This document shows, piece after piece, positions 52,601-61,090 of a DNA stretch of 64,000 nucleotides. Location of the stretch: NCBI GenBank assembly GCA_017559825.1, contig JAFYQR010000093.1, positions 1,099 through 65,098 of the forward strand. The letters run 5' to 3'. Made by a program: the position numbers and the translations under genes. The notes beneath the pieces are model-generated. The model saw only the letters and a program-made list of their open reading frames with translations, searched no databases and was not told where the DNA came from. The stretch is from Thermoguttaceae bacterium (GTDB lineage Bacteria > Planctomycetota > Planctomycetia > Pirellulales > Thermoguttaceae). Positions within the stretch are counted from its first letter, which is position 1. Each line of letters begins with the position of its first letter.

Positions 52601-53780
52601 TACGGCTCGCGAGATTGTCAAACGAATTTCATTCGGCGAAGGTTCGCTCGAAGATATTGTCGCGCAAGAGGTTAGCCGATTGGCCGGGCGAAAAACGACC
52701 GCCGCCGATTTCGATCTCGAACGAACGCCGCTCGAGTTGCGTTTGAACGTGAAAGTCGTCGACGACGCGGGCGAACTTTTAGCGGAAGGGCGGCGCGCCG
52801 ACGAACTGCGCGAACAACTCGGCGTCGAGATGAATAAATCGATCGGCGCCGTCGTCGATCCGCAATGGAATCGCGACGGTTTAACGACTTGGGACTTCGG
52901 AACGTTGCCGGAATCGATTTCGATTTCGCGCGGTTCGCTGACAGTTTCGGCCTATCCGGCGCTCTGCGACCCGCGATTTTTAACGAACTCGTTTTCGCCG
53001 AGCGCGCCGGAAGCGCGAACGGTCGCGACGCGGCTTTTCGACTCGAAAGATAAAGCGTTTCGCAACACGAAGTTAGGCGTTATTCGGCTTTTCAACTTGG
53101 CCAACTCCCGCGACCTAAAGACGCAAGCGCGTTGGTTGCCGCAACTCGATAAATTGCAAACATTTTCGCGAGCTATCGCCGATTTTGATCTGACGGCGGC
53201 GCTCGCAGAAACGATCGGGGCGCGGGCCCTCGATCTTGACGATGTTAAGTCGCTTCCTGCTAACGAAGGAGAATACAACGACTTAGCGAAGCGCGGGCGG
53301 GAACGAATCGGGTACGCGACGCAGGACGTCGCCGGCTGGATCGTTCGTTTTCTCGAAAATTATCAAGAAGCGCGGTTGGCGATTGAAAAGCGTCGGGGCG
53401 GGGCGGCGAACGTGGTCGCGGTCGACGCAGCGAAGCATTTGGCGCGCTTGACGGAGCCGCGGTTTTATTTGACGACGCCTTGGAATTGGTTGAAGGAGTT
53501 TCCGCGTTACTTTAAGGCGATTTCGGCGCGTTTTGAGAAATGGCAAAACGGCGGGGCGGCGACCGACGCGGCGTTCGCGCAGGAACTAAACGCTTATTGG
53601 GAAAGGTATTGCGAAATGTTCGAACGAAACGAAAACGCCGGGATTTTCGACCCGGAACTCGAATCGTTCCGTTGGGCGCTCGAAGAATATCGCGTTTCGC
53701 TCTTTGCGCAAAAGTTGGGAACCGCGATGAAAATTTCGAGCGTTCGGCTTGAAAAACTTTGGGAGAAAACCGCGCGATGA
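49662..53780 (+). CDS. hrpA: ATP-dependent RNA helicase HrpA (DEAH-box)
   Basis: CGETGSGKSTQLP, IIVDEAHERSLNIDFLLG, ATNVAESSLTVPGIRYVID and QRAGRCGR. 1,372 aa with the long HrpA-type C-terminal region. Confidence 0.93.
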   Translation: MSSQVSLHRVQRKLARVFLLDREPLRRRFVRLQQEFEKLARERAEETQNAKLQSVGPIEDAPLGRWERQVRELLDDCDASIEKVERRRKSFPRITYDLNLPVSERREELKKLIAENQVVVVCGETGSGKSTQLPKICLELGLGARGLIGHTQPRRLAARSIAQRVADELQTPLGQHVGYKVRFNDETSEKTLIKLMTDGILLAESQNDRFFNRYEVIIVDEAHERSLNIDFLLGMMKRVLRTRRDLKLIITSATIDAKRFAEHFTTNGKPAPIIEISGRTYPIEIIYRPVDEWKLRREEREQENSFDFGDRNSTERNGLRRRELDDEDAFEATLLEAVDELARRERGDMLIFMPTERDIFETAKLLKKHAIPGDDSRRKTEILPLYARLPATEQQKIFGKTSWRKIVVATNVAESSLTVPGIRYVIDPGTARVSRYSARSKTQRLPVEPISQASADQRAGRCGRVGPGVCVRLFSERDYLARPRYTTPEIQRTNLASVILQTKALKLGAVERFPFIDPPRNASIIDGYKTLYELGAVDEKNELTEIGRKLSRLPIDPRVGRMIFAADEENALREILIIAGALEIQDPRERPREQQEKADEKHAPFLDENSDFMSYLKLWDFWQNLKEKTSRNQLRKACRENFLSFNRMREWSDVYVQLLQLVKEQKLEVKKRRDDYDAIHRSILTGLLYGVAQKEETGSEYRSTNSGKFVLWPGSGLKKKPAWVVGAERLETTRAYLRTVARINPDWIEEIGGRLLERTRRDPYWNRETGCVHAYERATLYGLTIIPKRRVNFGPIDPVKSRQIFIYEALVNRDFDCSLTFFERNRDTFEEAERLRDKLRKYDFVKSLDAIYDFYDTKIPETVYDAVSLKKWWKRAPQKKREALFAKLEDFCEGAVDAETAAAFPDEASFGGESQLPLRYRFSPGETDDGVSLIVPLEGLRQLETRRLGWLVPGLLEQKVVALLKTLPKEIRREIVPIPDTAREIVKRISFGEGSLEDIVAQEVSRLAGRKTTAADFDLERTPLELRLNVKVVDDAGELLAEGRRADELREQLGVEMNKSIGAVVDPQWNRDGLTTWDFGTLPESISISRGSLTVSAYPALCDPRFLTNSFSPSAPEARTVATRLFDSKDKAFRNTKLGVIRLFNLANSRDLKTQARWLPQLDKLQTFSRAIADFDLTAALAETIGARALDLDDVKSLPANEGEYNDLAKRGRERIGYATQDVAGWIVRFLENYQEARLAIEKRRGGAANVVAVDAAKHLARLTEPRFYLTTPWNWLKEFPRYFKAISARFEKWQNGGAATDAAFAQELNAYWERYCEMFERNENAGIFDPELESFRWALEEYRVSLFAQKLGTAMKISSVRLEKLWEKTAR

Positions 53781-53787
53781 CGATCGC

Positions 53788-55140
53788 TTAAACGCCGATT
53801 TTGCAACGATTTGCCGACGAATCGAAACGTCGAAAAAAACGCGTTGGTGCGGAAAACCAACATTCGAACGCGAGTAAAACGATCGTCGCGAACCAGAGCG
53901 TTCGCGCGGTCGCTTGCCGCGTTTTTTCTTTTTCTTGCGACGTCGGAACGCTCGGAACAGCCGTTAGATTCGTCGAGAAGCGATTGGACGCGATTGAAAT
54001 GGAAGTTGTTGGAAGAGAACAATTTGTGCTTGCGGTTTCGGCGAGCGATTCTTGGAGCGCGAACTCGACGAGGCGGTCGAGAAGCGGAACGAACGACGGC
54101 GCGAAGGCCAACGAACTCGTCGCGGCGTCCGGGGCGCTCGCAAACCAAAGAACGACGCCGCGGGATGGAGCGGCGAGACGCGCGGCGGTCGGAACGTTCG
54201 ACGGCGTGTCGCGAAGAATGGGAATCGCGTCGCGCCCGACGAGCGGGAACGCTCGCCAAATTGGAAGCGAATCGACGCCGGAACGCTCGAAATCGACGAA
54301 CGACTCGGCGAATAAGCGTTCTTTAACATCGTCTTTCACAACGGTTTGCAACGCTTCGCGGGTTTCGTTTGCGAGCGGGGCGGCAAGCGCGCCGGTCGCC
54401 GGATTGAACGCGACGTCGAGCGTTCCGACGTCGAGGCGCCAACGGCGCCAAGCGGCGTTCCAGCGCAAAACATTCGTTCGCGGCCCGGCGAAAACGATTA
54501 GCGCTCGCGGAGACGCGGCGTCGGCGGCAAGGAAACGCTCTATTTTGTCGAGCTCCGCGACGGTCGGAGCGGAAACGTCGACCCAACAGATCGCGTCGAA
54601 AAGGTCGAGCGCGTTCGCCGGCGTTAGCGCAAACTCGCTCGACGAAACGATTTCGACGTTTGGAAAATCGTGGTTTTCAGTAGGTTGCGTCGCGTCGAAA
54701 TTCGGGTTGAGCGCGGCGGCGACGTAAAAGGCGGCGGGCGATTCGCTCGAATCGGCGGAGCTGGAATCGGCGCCGTCGACGACAAGCAGACGGATTGGGC
54801 GACCGTCGAGACGACCGTCGGCAACGCGTTGGTTCGTTGCGTTAAGTTTTGAAATTCCGTCGGTTGCGACGGACGGAGCGTTGGAAGAAGGGCGAGACCA
54901 AAGGAGGGAAAAAGGCGCGGCCCACGTTAGCGCGAGCGCAAGAATCGCGATTGAACGAATCGTCGCTAAAATAAAATTTCGTCGCTCTTTACGTCGAATC
55001 GAACGTTTTTGCGCCGCCGCGAGAAGCGAAATCGCCGGGAACACGACGCGCGGCGGGGGCGTCGTCGGACGGCGACGGCGAACGAGCGTCCAAGGAAGAA
55101 CGAGCGTCGCGAGCGCTAAAAGTGCCCAAGGGGTTTGCAT
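53788..55140 (-). CDS. membrane protein with BatA-type N-terminal double-TM domain
   Basis: MQTPWALLALATLVLPWTLVRRRRP...RVVFPAISLL...NFILATIRSIAILALALTWAAPF matches the aerotolerance-regulator (BatA) N-terminal pattern from memory. I did not recognise the remainder. Confidence 0.65.
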   Translation of the reverse strand: MQTPWALLALATLVLPWTLVRRRRPTTPPPRVVFPAISLLAAAQKRSIRRKERRNFILATIRSIAILALALTWAAPFSLLWSRPSSNAPSVATDGISKLNATNQRVADGRLDGRPIRLLVVDGADSSSADSSESPAAFYVAAALNPNFDATQPTENHDFPNVEIVSSSEFALTPANALDLFDAICWVDVSAPTVAELDKIERFLAADAASPRALIVFAGPRTNVLRWNAAWRRWRLDVGTLDVAFNPATGALAAPLANETREALQTVVKDDVKERLFAESFVDFERSGVDSLPIWRAFPLVGRDAIPILRDTPSNVPTAARLAAPSRGVVLWFASAPDAATSSLAFAPSFVPLLDRLVEFALQESLAETASTNCSLPTTSISIASNRFSTNLTAVPSVPTSQEKEKTRQATARTLWFATIVLLAFECWFSAPTRFFRRFDSSANRCKIGV

Positions 55141-55192
55141 TACAAGTCGTTAAATCGTTGGGGTTGCGTCGAGCGCGATTGGAAGGCGAGCG

Positions 55193-55236
55193 AAAAAAAT
55201 CCGCTCCGACGGTTAATTATATCGGAGCGGATTTTT
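55193..55236. terminator. bidirectional rho-independent terminator after alkaline phosphatase gene
   Basis: atccgctccga (55199-55209) pairs with tcggagcggat (55222-55232). A-run upstream and T-run downstream. Confidence 0.7.
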
Positions 55237-55293
55237 GCGTCAAGCGCTAAACGTCGAGCGACGCAAAGTTATACGCCGCTTGAACTTGCGGAA

Positions 55294-56766
55294 CTATTTC
55301 AAGCCGGACGCCGCTTTCATCACGTTGAAAACGTCGCTGTTGTAAATGAAATCGCCGCTGAAATCCCACATATCGCCGGCTTCTTCGTCGTTACCGCGAA
55401 TAAATTCCTTGACGCTTTCAACGCCTTGGCCCTTCGCGTAGAACGGAACGAGCCATTGCGAGTGGCCGCCCGAAAGGTATTGAACTTCCGGGCATTCGCC
55501 GATATCCGACTCTTCGAGTTCTTCAAATTCGTTGAATTCGTCTTTTTTCGGATCGAATTTGCCGTTTTCGTCCATATCTTCGAACGTGCCCGGGCCCCAA
55601 ATGCAGCCGGTTTCGTGGTCGGCCGTAATAATCATAATCGTGTCTTCCCAGGACGAATATTTTTCGACCCAAGCGATCGCGGCGTCGATCGCTTTCGAGA
55701 AGGAAGCGTGTTCGAGCGCCGAGTTTTGCGCGTTGCGACCGTGGTTCGCGTGGTCGATCGCGCCGCCTTCGACCATCAGGTAGAAGCCTTTGTCGTTTTG
55801 CGCCAAAACGTTAAGCGCGCCGAGCGTCATTTCGGTCAGCGTCGGAGTGTTGGCGATCGCGTCTTCCGAATAACGTTCTTGAACGAACGATTCGTCGTTA
55901 GCGAAACCGTCGATCGGAAGCATGTCGTCGTTGTCGCGACCAATGCCGAGAATCTTTTTCGGAAGGTCGGTCGGGTTCGTATCCGGGGTTTTTTTGGCCA
56001 GTTCGGCGAACTTTTCGCGTTCGTCGATGAACTTCCAACCCTTGTAACCGTTGTCTTTAGAGACGGATTCCCAAACTTCGCGACCGCCGACGAACTGATA
56101 ATTCAGCTCTTCCGGCTTCTTGTTGATTTTCTTGCCGCGGCTGTAAGCGGGGTGTCCGGCGCCGAAGAGAACGGTGATCGGAAGGTCGTTGATTTGTTCT
56201 TTCGAAATTTCTTCGTAGTTGCCGCGATTGATGTTGTGCGCGGTCGTGGCGGCGGGGGTGGCGTGCGAAATTTGAACGCTCGTAACGACGCCGACCGAGC
56301 GACCGGCGCGGTAGTTCATATCGGCGAAGTTTTCGAGTTTTTTGCCGTCTTTCGAGAAACCGATGCGACCGCTTTGCGTTTTAACGCCGGTGTTGATCGC
56401 GGTGCCGGACGCGGCGGAGTCGGTCGTCGGGCAGTTGTCTTGGAGACGGTGCATCGCCTTTTCCGGGCCTTCCCAAATTTTGCCGACCGGATAACCGTCG
56501 TCCTTTTTCGGATCGTATTTGTCGGTGGCGCAGAACGTCGCCGCGCCGAGCTTGACCGGGAATTTGTGGTACGATTGCGCGTCCGATTCGCCGTAACGCC
56601 AGTAAGTTCCGAGAATATCGGAGTTAAAGCCCATCCCGTCGCCGATGAACAGGATGACGTTCTTCGCTTTTTTCGCTTCTTGCGCCGTCGCGGCGTCGAA
56701 AGCCGAAGCGCCCAAGATCAACGCGAACGCCGCCGTCGCGACGCTCCAACCGAATACTTTTTTCAT
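55294..56766 (-). CDS. alkaline phosphatase (PhoA family), secreted
   Basis: Signal peptide MKKVFGWSVATAAFALILGASAFDAATA. VILFIGDGMG, active-site TDSAASGTAINTG and ITADHETG. Confidence 0.9.
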   Translation of the reverse strand: MKKVFGWSVATAAFALILGASAFDAATAQEAKKAKNVILFIGDGMGFNSDILGTYWRYGESDAQSYHKFPVKLGAATFCATDKYDPKKDDGYPVGKIWEGPEKAMHRLQDNCPTTDSAASGTAINTGVKTQSGRIGFSKDGKKLENFADMNYRAGRSVGVVTSVQISHATPAATTAHNINRGNYEEISKEQINDLPITVLFGAGHPAYSRGKKINKKPEELNYQFVGGREVWESVSKDNGYKGWKFIDEREKFAELAKKTPDTNPTDLPKKILGIGRDNDDMLPIDGFANDESFVQERYSEDAIANTPTLTEMTLGALNVLAQNDKGFYLMVEGGAIDHANHGRNAQNSALEHASFSKAIDAAIAWVEKYSSWEDTIMIITADHETGCIWGPGTFEDMDENGKFDPKKDEFNEFEELEESDIGECPEVQYLSGGHSQWLVPFYAKGQGVESVKEFIRGNDEEAGDMWDFSGDFIYNSDVFNVMKAASGLK

Positions 56767-56877
56767 TTGAATAGACTCCTTGCAAGGTGTTGGCTTGCCG
56801 ACGCGCTTCGGGTCGTTCCGGCGTCGCGGCTTTTCACTATTTTACTCGATTTTCGCGAATTGTTAAACGCCCCTTCG

Positions 56878-58080
56878 TTAATTTTTTCCGAAAAAACTCG
56901 ATTTTTTGCCGGTTTCGCCAATTTTTCGCTCGACGTCGCGGCGGCGCAACCCGAGAACGAGGAAACGCAAACCGGGAACGCGGCGGACGACGAAGTAGGT
57001 CGCGTAGGAACCGACGAAGGACGCGGCGGCGACGAGCGCGATTTCGAGCGGTTCCGGGACGTCGCAAAAGCGGGCGAAAAGCAACGTCGCGGCGTAAACG
57101 AAGAACATATGGAAGACGTAAAGACCGAAACTCGTTCGCGCGAGGAAGGCGGTAAGGCGCGTCGGACGGTCGGCGTAACGCTTTGAGAACGCGAGAATTG
57201 CGAGCGTCGCCGTCCAAGCGTAAGCGTTGGTGGTGAAATGTCGCAACACTGGCGCGTCGGCGTAATTCTCGCCGAAAAAACGGCGGAAGTAAAGGAGGCC
57301 GAAGCAAGTTGCGCAAACGCCCCAAAGCCAACGGGTTCGGACGAGCGCCGCTTCGACGTTCGGGCGGTAAAAAACGAGGTAACCGAGGCAAAACGCGAAA
57401 CCGTAAATCCCAACGCGGTAAACGGTTATCACCGGCGTATTCAAAATTTGCGCCGATCCCCAAACGCCGAGCGTCGCCGCCGCGAAGAAAAGCGTCCAAG
57501 CGAGCGTCGAGGCGTGGGAGGATTCGACGGCGGCGGGTTGCGCAACGCTCGAATCGGCAAGGGTTGCGTTGTTGCGCGCGCGTCGTCGGAAAAGGACGAG
57601 GAGCGCCGAATAAAAGAAAAGGAGCTGCGCAAACCAAAGGGGGCCCTGTCCGCCGAGAACGCAAATCAAGGCGAAAATCGGCGTCGGAATCGGCGCGTCG
57701 ACAAGACCCGGCTGCGAGGTCGTCGTGAGAACGCCGAGCGTCCAAGAATGGAAAACAAGAACGCCAAGCGTCGACGGGACAAGGAGTTTCGTCGTCCGCT
57801 CGCGGAAAAATTCGCGGTTCGAGCGGCGGTTCAGCGACAGGCGCGCCGAGATTCCGGCGACCAAAAAGAGCGAAAACATCAGCCAAGGGTAAACGACCGT
57901 CGCGAACGCGTCGGCGAAACCGGGGCCGTTCGTTGGAACGAGCCCGCCGAAATTGAGAACGAAGTTCCGCGCGAAAAAGACGTGATAAACGACGACCAAA
58001 ACGACCGTCGCGGCGCGGATAAAATCCAAGTAATGAGAACGCGTTGTAAGCGTCGCGTCGGCAAGGGGTTGCGGTTTCAT
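56878..58080 (-). CDS. acyltransferase family 3 integral membrane protein
   Basis: Track ORF starts at TTG 58098; I prefer ATG 58080 (MKPQPLADATLTTRSHYLDFIRAATVVLVVVYHVFF). About 10 hydrophobic helices. The overlapping same-strand ORF 56837..58231 is Arg/Pro-rich and was rejected. Confidence 0.8.
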   Translation of the reverse strand: MKPQPLADATLTTRSHYLDFIRAATVVLVVVYHVFFARNFVLNFGGLVPTNGPGFADAFATVVYPWLMFSLFLVAGISARLSLNRRSNREFFRERTTKLLVPSTLGVLVFHSWTLGVLTTTSQPGLVDAPIPTPIFALICVLGGQGPLWFAQLLFFYSALLVLFRRRARNNATLADSSVAQPAAVESSHASTLAWTLFFAAATLGVWGSAQILNTPVITVYRVGIYGFAFCLGYLVFYRPNVEAALVRTRWLWGVCATCFGLLYFRRFFGENYADAPVLRHFTTNAYAWTATLAILAFSKRYADRPTRLTAFLARTSFGLYVFHMFFVYAATLLFARFCDVPEPLEIALVAAASFVGSYATYFVVRRVPGLRFLVLGLRRRDVERKIGETGKKSSFFGKN

Positions 58081-58230
58081 CGGCGGAGCTTTTGTCAAAG
58101 GGCGGCGAAGAGAAAGAAGGCGGCGAAACGTCGGAACGCCCTTTTATTGTACGCGGAACGTCGGCGGTTTGCAACGGAGAACGGAGGAATTTTCGTGAAA
58201 AAACGCATGCGACGGTAAAATTTGTCGCCA

Positions 58231-58283
58231 AGAAAAGAAAAACGTCGAACGCGAACCCGCTAAAAAACGAGTCGCGTTCGACG
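58231..58283 (-). terminator. rho-independent terminator after pnp
   Basis: cgtcgaacgcga (58243-58254) pairs with tcgcgttcgacg (58272-58283). On the minus strand it is followed by tttttcttttct. Confidence 0.65.
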
Positions 58284-58316
58284 CTTTACGTTAAGTTCCG
58301 CTAACGGGCAAAAGCG

Positions 58317-60440
58317 TTAGTCTTGCTTTTGATCCGTTTCGCCGCGTTCTTTCAAAACGGCGCGACGGCTAAGTTTAACGCGATTTTGGTCGTCGATGGC
58401 GATGACCTTCACGTCGAACTTGTCGCCGAGTTTGCAGAAGTTTTGAATGTTGTCGACGTATTCGTCGGACAGTTCGCTAATGTGGCACAAACCGTCGCGG
58501 CCCGGCAGAATTTCGATGAACGCGCCGAAGTTTTGAATGCTCGTAACGACGCCTTCGTAAATTTTGCCGAGTTCGACCGTCGCGGTGAGGCGGGAAATTT
58601 CCTTCAACGCGGCTTCGGCGCTCGCTTGGTCGTTCGAAGCGACGTTGACCGAACCGTCGTTGTCGATTTCGATCGAAGCGCCGGTCGCGTCTTGAATCGC
58701 GCGAATCGTCTTGCCGCCCGGGCCGATGAGGAGCCCGATTTTGTCCGGGTCGATCTTCGTGCGGAGGAGGCGCGGCGCGTATTCGGAGATGTTTTCGGCC
58801 GGACGCGGCGCGGCGGCGAGCATCTTGCGGAGAATGCCGATGCGCGCTTCGCGGGCTTGTTTAAGAGTTTGCGCGACAATTTCCTTCGAAATGCCGTTCG
58901 TCTTGAGGTCGAGTTGGATACCCGTGACGCCGTTTTGCGTCCCGGCGACTTTGAAGTCCATGTCGCCGTAGTGGTCTTCGTCGCCCATGATGTCGGTGAT
59001 CGTGATCCAACGACCGTCTTCTTCTTTGACGAGACCGATCGAGATGCCGGCGACCGGGTTTGAAATCGGAACGCCCGCCGCCATCAAACCGAGGGTCGCG
59101 CCGCAGACGGTCGCCATCGAACTCGAACCGTTCGATTCGAGAATGTCGGAGATGACGCGCACCGTGTACGGGAATTCGTCGGCGTCCGGAAGAACCGGCT
59201 TGACGCTGCGTTCGGCGAGCGCGCCGTGCCCGTATTCGCGACGACCGACGCCGCGGTACGGCTTGCATTCGCCGACCGAGTACGGCGGGAAGTTGTAGTC
59301 GAGCATAAAGCGCTTCGTGTATTCGTCGAAGAGACCTTCGACGCGTTGTTCGTCTTTCGCCGTCCCAAGCGTAACGGTGATAAGGGCTTGCGTTTCGCCG
59401 CGGGAGAAGAGGGCGGAACCGTGAACGCGCGGCAGGACGTCGACGCGGCATTCGATCGGGCGGACTTCCTTAACGCCGCGACCGTCGAGACGTTCCTTCG
59501 AGAGGATAATGTCGCGGACGACGCGTTCGACGAAATCGTTGAAGGCGACTTCGAAGTATTCCGGCGCGAAGAAGTTCGGTTCGTCGGAGTCTTCGGCGGT
59601 TTCGACGATCAACTCGGCGCGGGCCTTGTCTTTAACGAGCGCGCAGGCTTCGGCGCGGGCGAGTTTGCCGGCGGTTTTCTTCGCGGCGCGGAACTCGTCG
59701 TAGAATTTTTCCATGAGCGCGTCGTACATCGGCGTCGTGTTCATCGGCTCGAACGACATTTTTTCCGGCGCGACTTTCTCGACGAGTTCGAGTTGGAGCT
59801 CGCAGATTTGACGGATGTACTTGTGCGCCGTCATGATCGCTTCGAACATCTTCGGTTCCGGCAGTTCGCGGGCGAAACCTTCGATCATCAAGACGGAGTC
59901 CATGTTCCCGGAGACGATGAGGTCGAGTTCGCTGTTTTCGAGTTGGTCGACCGTCGGGAAGACGATGAATTCGTCGTCGACGCAAGCCAAGCGGACGGAG
60001 CCGAGCGGGCCGTCGAACGGAAGCGGGCTAATTTGGAGCGCCGCCGACGCGCCGTTCATCGCGATGACGTCCGGGTCGACGCGTTGGTCGCTGGCCAAAA
60101 CGTTGGCGAAAATTTGGACGTCGTTGTAGAAGCCTTTCGGGAAGAGCGGACGAATCGGGCGGTCGATAAGTCGAGCGGTGAGAACTTCTTTCAAGCCCGG
60201 GCGACCTTCGCGTTTCAGGAAGCCGCCGGGGAATTTGCCCGCCGCGGCGACGCGTTCGCGGTAGTCGCAGGTCAACGGGAAGAAGTCCGCGCCCGGTTTG
60301 CTCGGAGCGGTCGTCGTCGCGCAGAGGACGCAAACGTCGTCGTAGCCGATGAGGCAGCTGCCGTGCGCTTGTTTCGCGAGTTCGCCCGTTTCGATCCAAA
60401 ATAAACCGGCGCCAATTTGTTTTTCGACTCTAATTTTCAA
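58317..60440 (-). CDS. pnp: polynucleotide phosphorylase
   Basis: Two RNase PH-like halves, a KH domain (LIGPGGKTIRAIQDATGASIEID) and an S1 domain (GKIYEGVVTSIQNFGAFIEILPGRDGLCHISEL). TTG start with AAGGT 7 nt upstream. Downstream of rpsO, as in most bacteria. Confidence 0.95.
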   Translation of the reverse strand: MKIRVEKQIGAGLFWIETGELAKQAHGSCLIGYDDVCVLCATTTAPSKPGADFFPLTCDYRERVAAAGKFPGGFLKREGRPGLKEVLTARLIDRPIRPLFPKGFYNDVQIFANVLASDQRVDPDVIAMNGASAALQISPLPFDGPLGSVRLACVDDEFIVFPTVDQLENSELDLIVSGNMDSVLMIEGFARELPEPKMFEAIMTAHKYIRQICELQLELVEKVAPEKMSFEPMNTTPMYDALMEKFYDEFRAAKKTAGKLARAEACALVKDKARAELIVETAEDSDEPNFFAPEYFEVAFNDFVERVVRDIILSKERLDGRGVKEVRPIECRVDVLPRVHGSALFSRGETQALITVTLGTAKDEQRVEGLFDEYTKRFMLDYNFPPYSVGECKPYRGVGRREYGHGALAERSVKPVLPDADEFPYTVRVISDILESNGSSSMATVCGATLGLMAAGVPISNPVAGISIGLVKEEDGRWITITDIMGDEDHYGDMDFKVAGTQNGVTGIQLDLKTNGISKEIVAQTLKQAREARIGILRKMLAAAPRPAENISEYAPRLLRTKIDPDKIGLLIGPGGKTIRAIQDATGASIEIDNDGSVNVASNDQASAEAALKEISRLTATVELGKIYEGVVTSIQNFGAFIEILPGRDGLCHISELSDEYVDNIQNFCKLGDKFDVKVIAIDDQNRVKLSRRAVLKERGETDQKQD

Positions 60441-60773
60441 GTTTTTACCTTTTTCTTTTCTACCAAACTCGTCGGAACCTGCTTCGTCCGCCGAGCCGAA
60501 TGCGAGAAGCCGCGTCGACTTCTTCGAGGGAGAGCGGCCAAGTCGGAGGGGAACGCGACGACTCGCTCTTCTTTTATATTAATGACGGGACGACGAACGT
60601 CGCGTCGTCGATCGGTGGAAACGTTTCGCGTCGCAACGCGCCGAGCGCCGCGTTTTACATTGCTCGGGAGCGTTTCCGAAAGCGGCGAGAGGCCGGTCGT
60701 TTTTTCGAAGATTTCGGCGTTAAAATAATCGAACGCCCAAAAGAGAAAAAGGAGCGGCGCGCTCGCGACAAAG

Positions 60774-60808
60774 AAACGTTCGCGACGCGCCTAACGCCGC
60801 GAACGTTT
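60774..60808 (-). terminator. hairpin immediately downstream of rpsO (terminator/attenuator in the rpsO-pnp spacer)
   Basis: 11-bp stem aaacgttcgcg / cgcgaacgttt with a 13-nt loop. Only a partial T-run (tttctttgt) follows on the minus strand. Confidence 0.45.
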
Positions 60809-60817
60809 GAAAAACGA

Positions 60818-61090
60818 CTACTTGCGGATGCCGAGGCGTTTGATGAGCGTAACGTAACGCGATTGATCTTCGCGTTTCAGATAGTCGAGAAGGCTGCGGC
60901 GATCGCTAACCATTTGAAGGAGACCGCGGCGGGTCGAGTAGTCCTTTTTGTGGATTTTCATGTGTTCGGTCAACGCGTTAATTTTTTTCGTCAGCAGCGC
61001 GACTTGGACTTCCGGGGACCCGACGTCGGAATCGCTGCGGCGGTATTCGGCGATGATCGCTTGTTTTTCTTCTTTGGTCATGATCGTCAT
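60818..61090 (-). CDS. rpsO: 30S ribosomal protein S15
   Basis: [75 protein letters not shown] 61090 is preceded by GAAGGTG at 6 nt (track start is GTG 61099). Confidence 0.93.
   Translation of the reverse strand: MTIMTKEEKQAIIAEYRRSDSDVGSPEVQVALLTKKINALTEHMKIHKKDYSTRRGLLQMVSDRRSLLDYLKREDQSRYVTLIKRLGIRK

Noticed and set aside
53801-54727. 308-aa plus-strand ORF and nested ORFs
   Set aside because: Antisense to the BatA-type membrane protein gene. Ser/Arg-rich with no motifs.
55135-57186. 683-aa plus-strand ORF
   Set aside because: Antisense to the alkaline phosphatase and acyltransferase genes, which both carry clear family motifs. The translation has shadow-type composition.
56837-58231. 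464-aa minus-strand ORF overlapping the acyltransferase ORF on the same strand
   Set aside because: It is an alternative frame of the same DNA. It is Arg/Pro-rich with no hydrophobic helices, while the 56878..58080 frame gives a coherent multi-TM acyltransferase-3-like protein.
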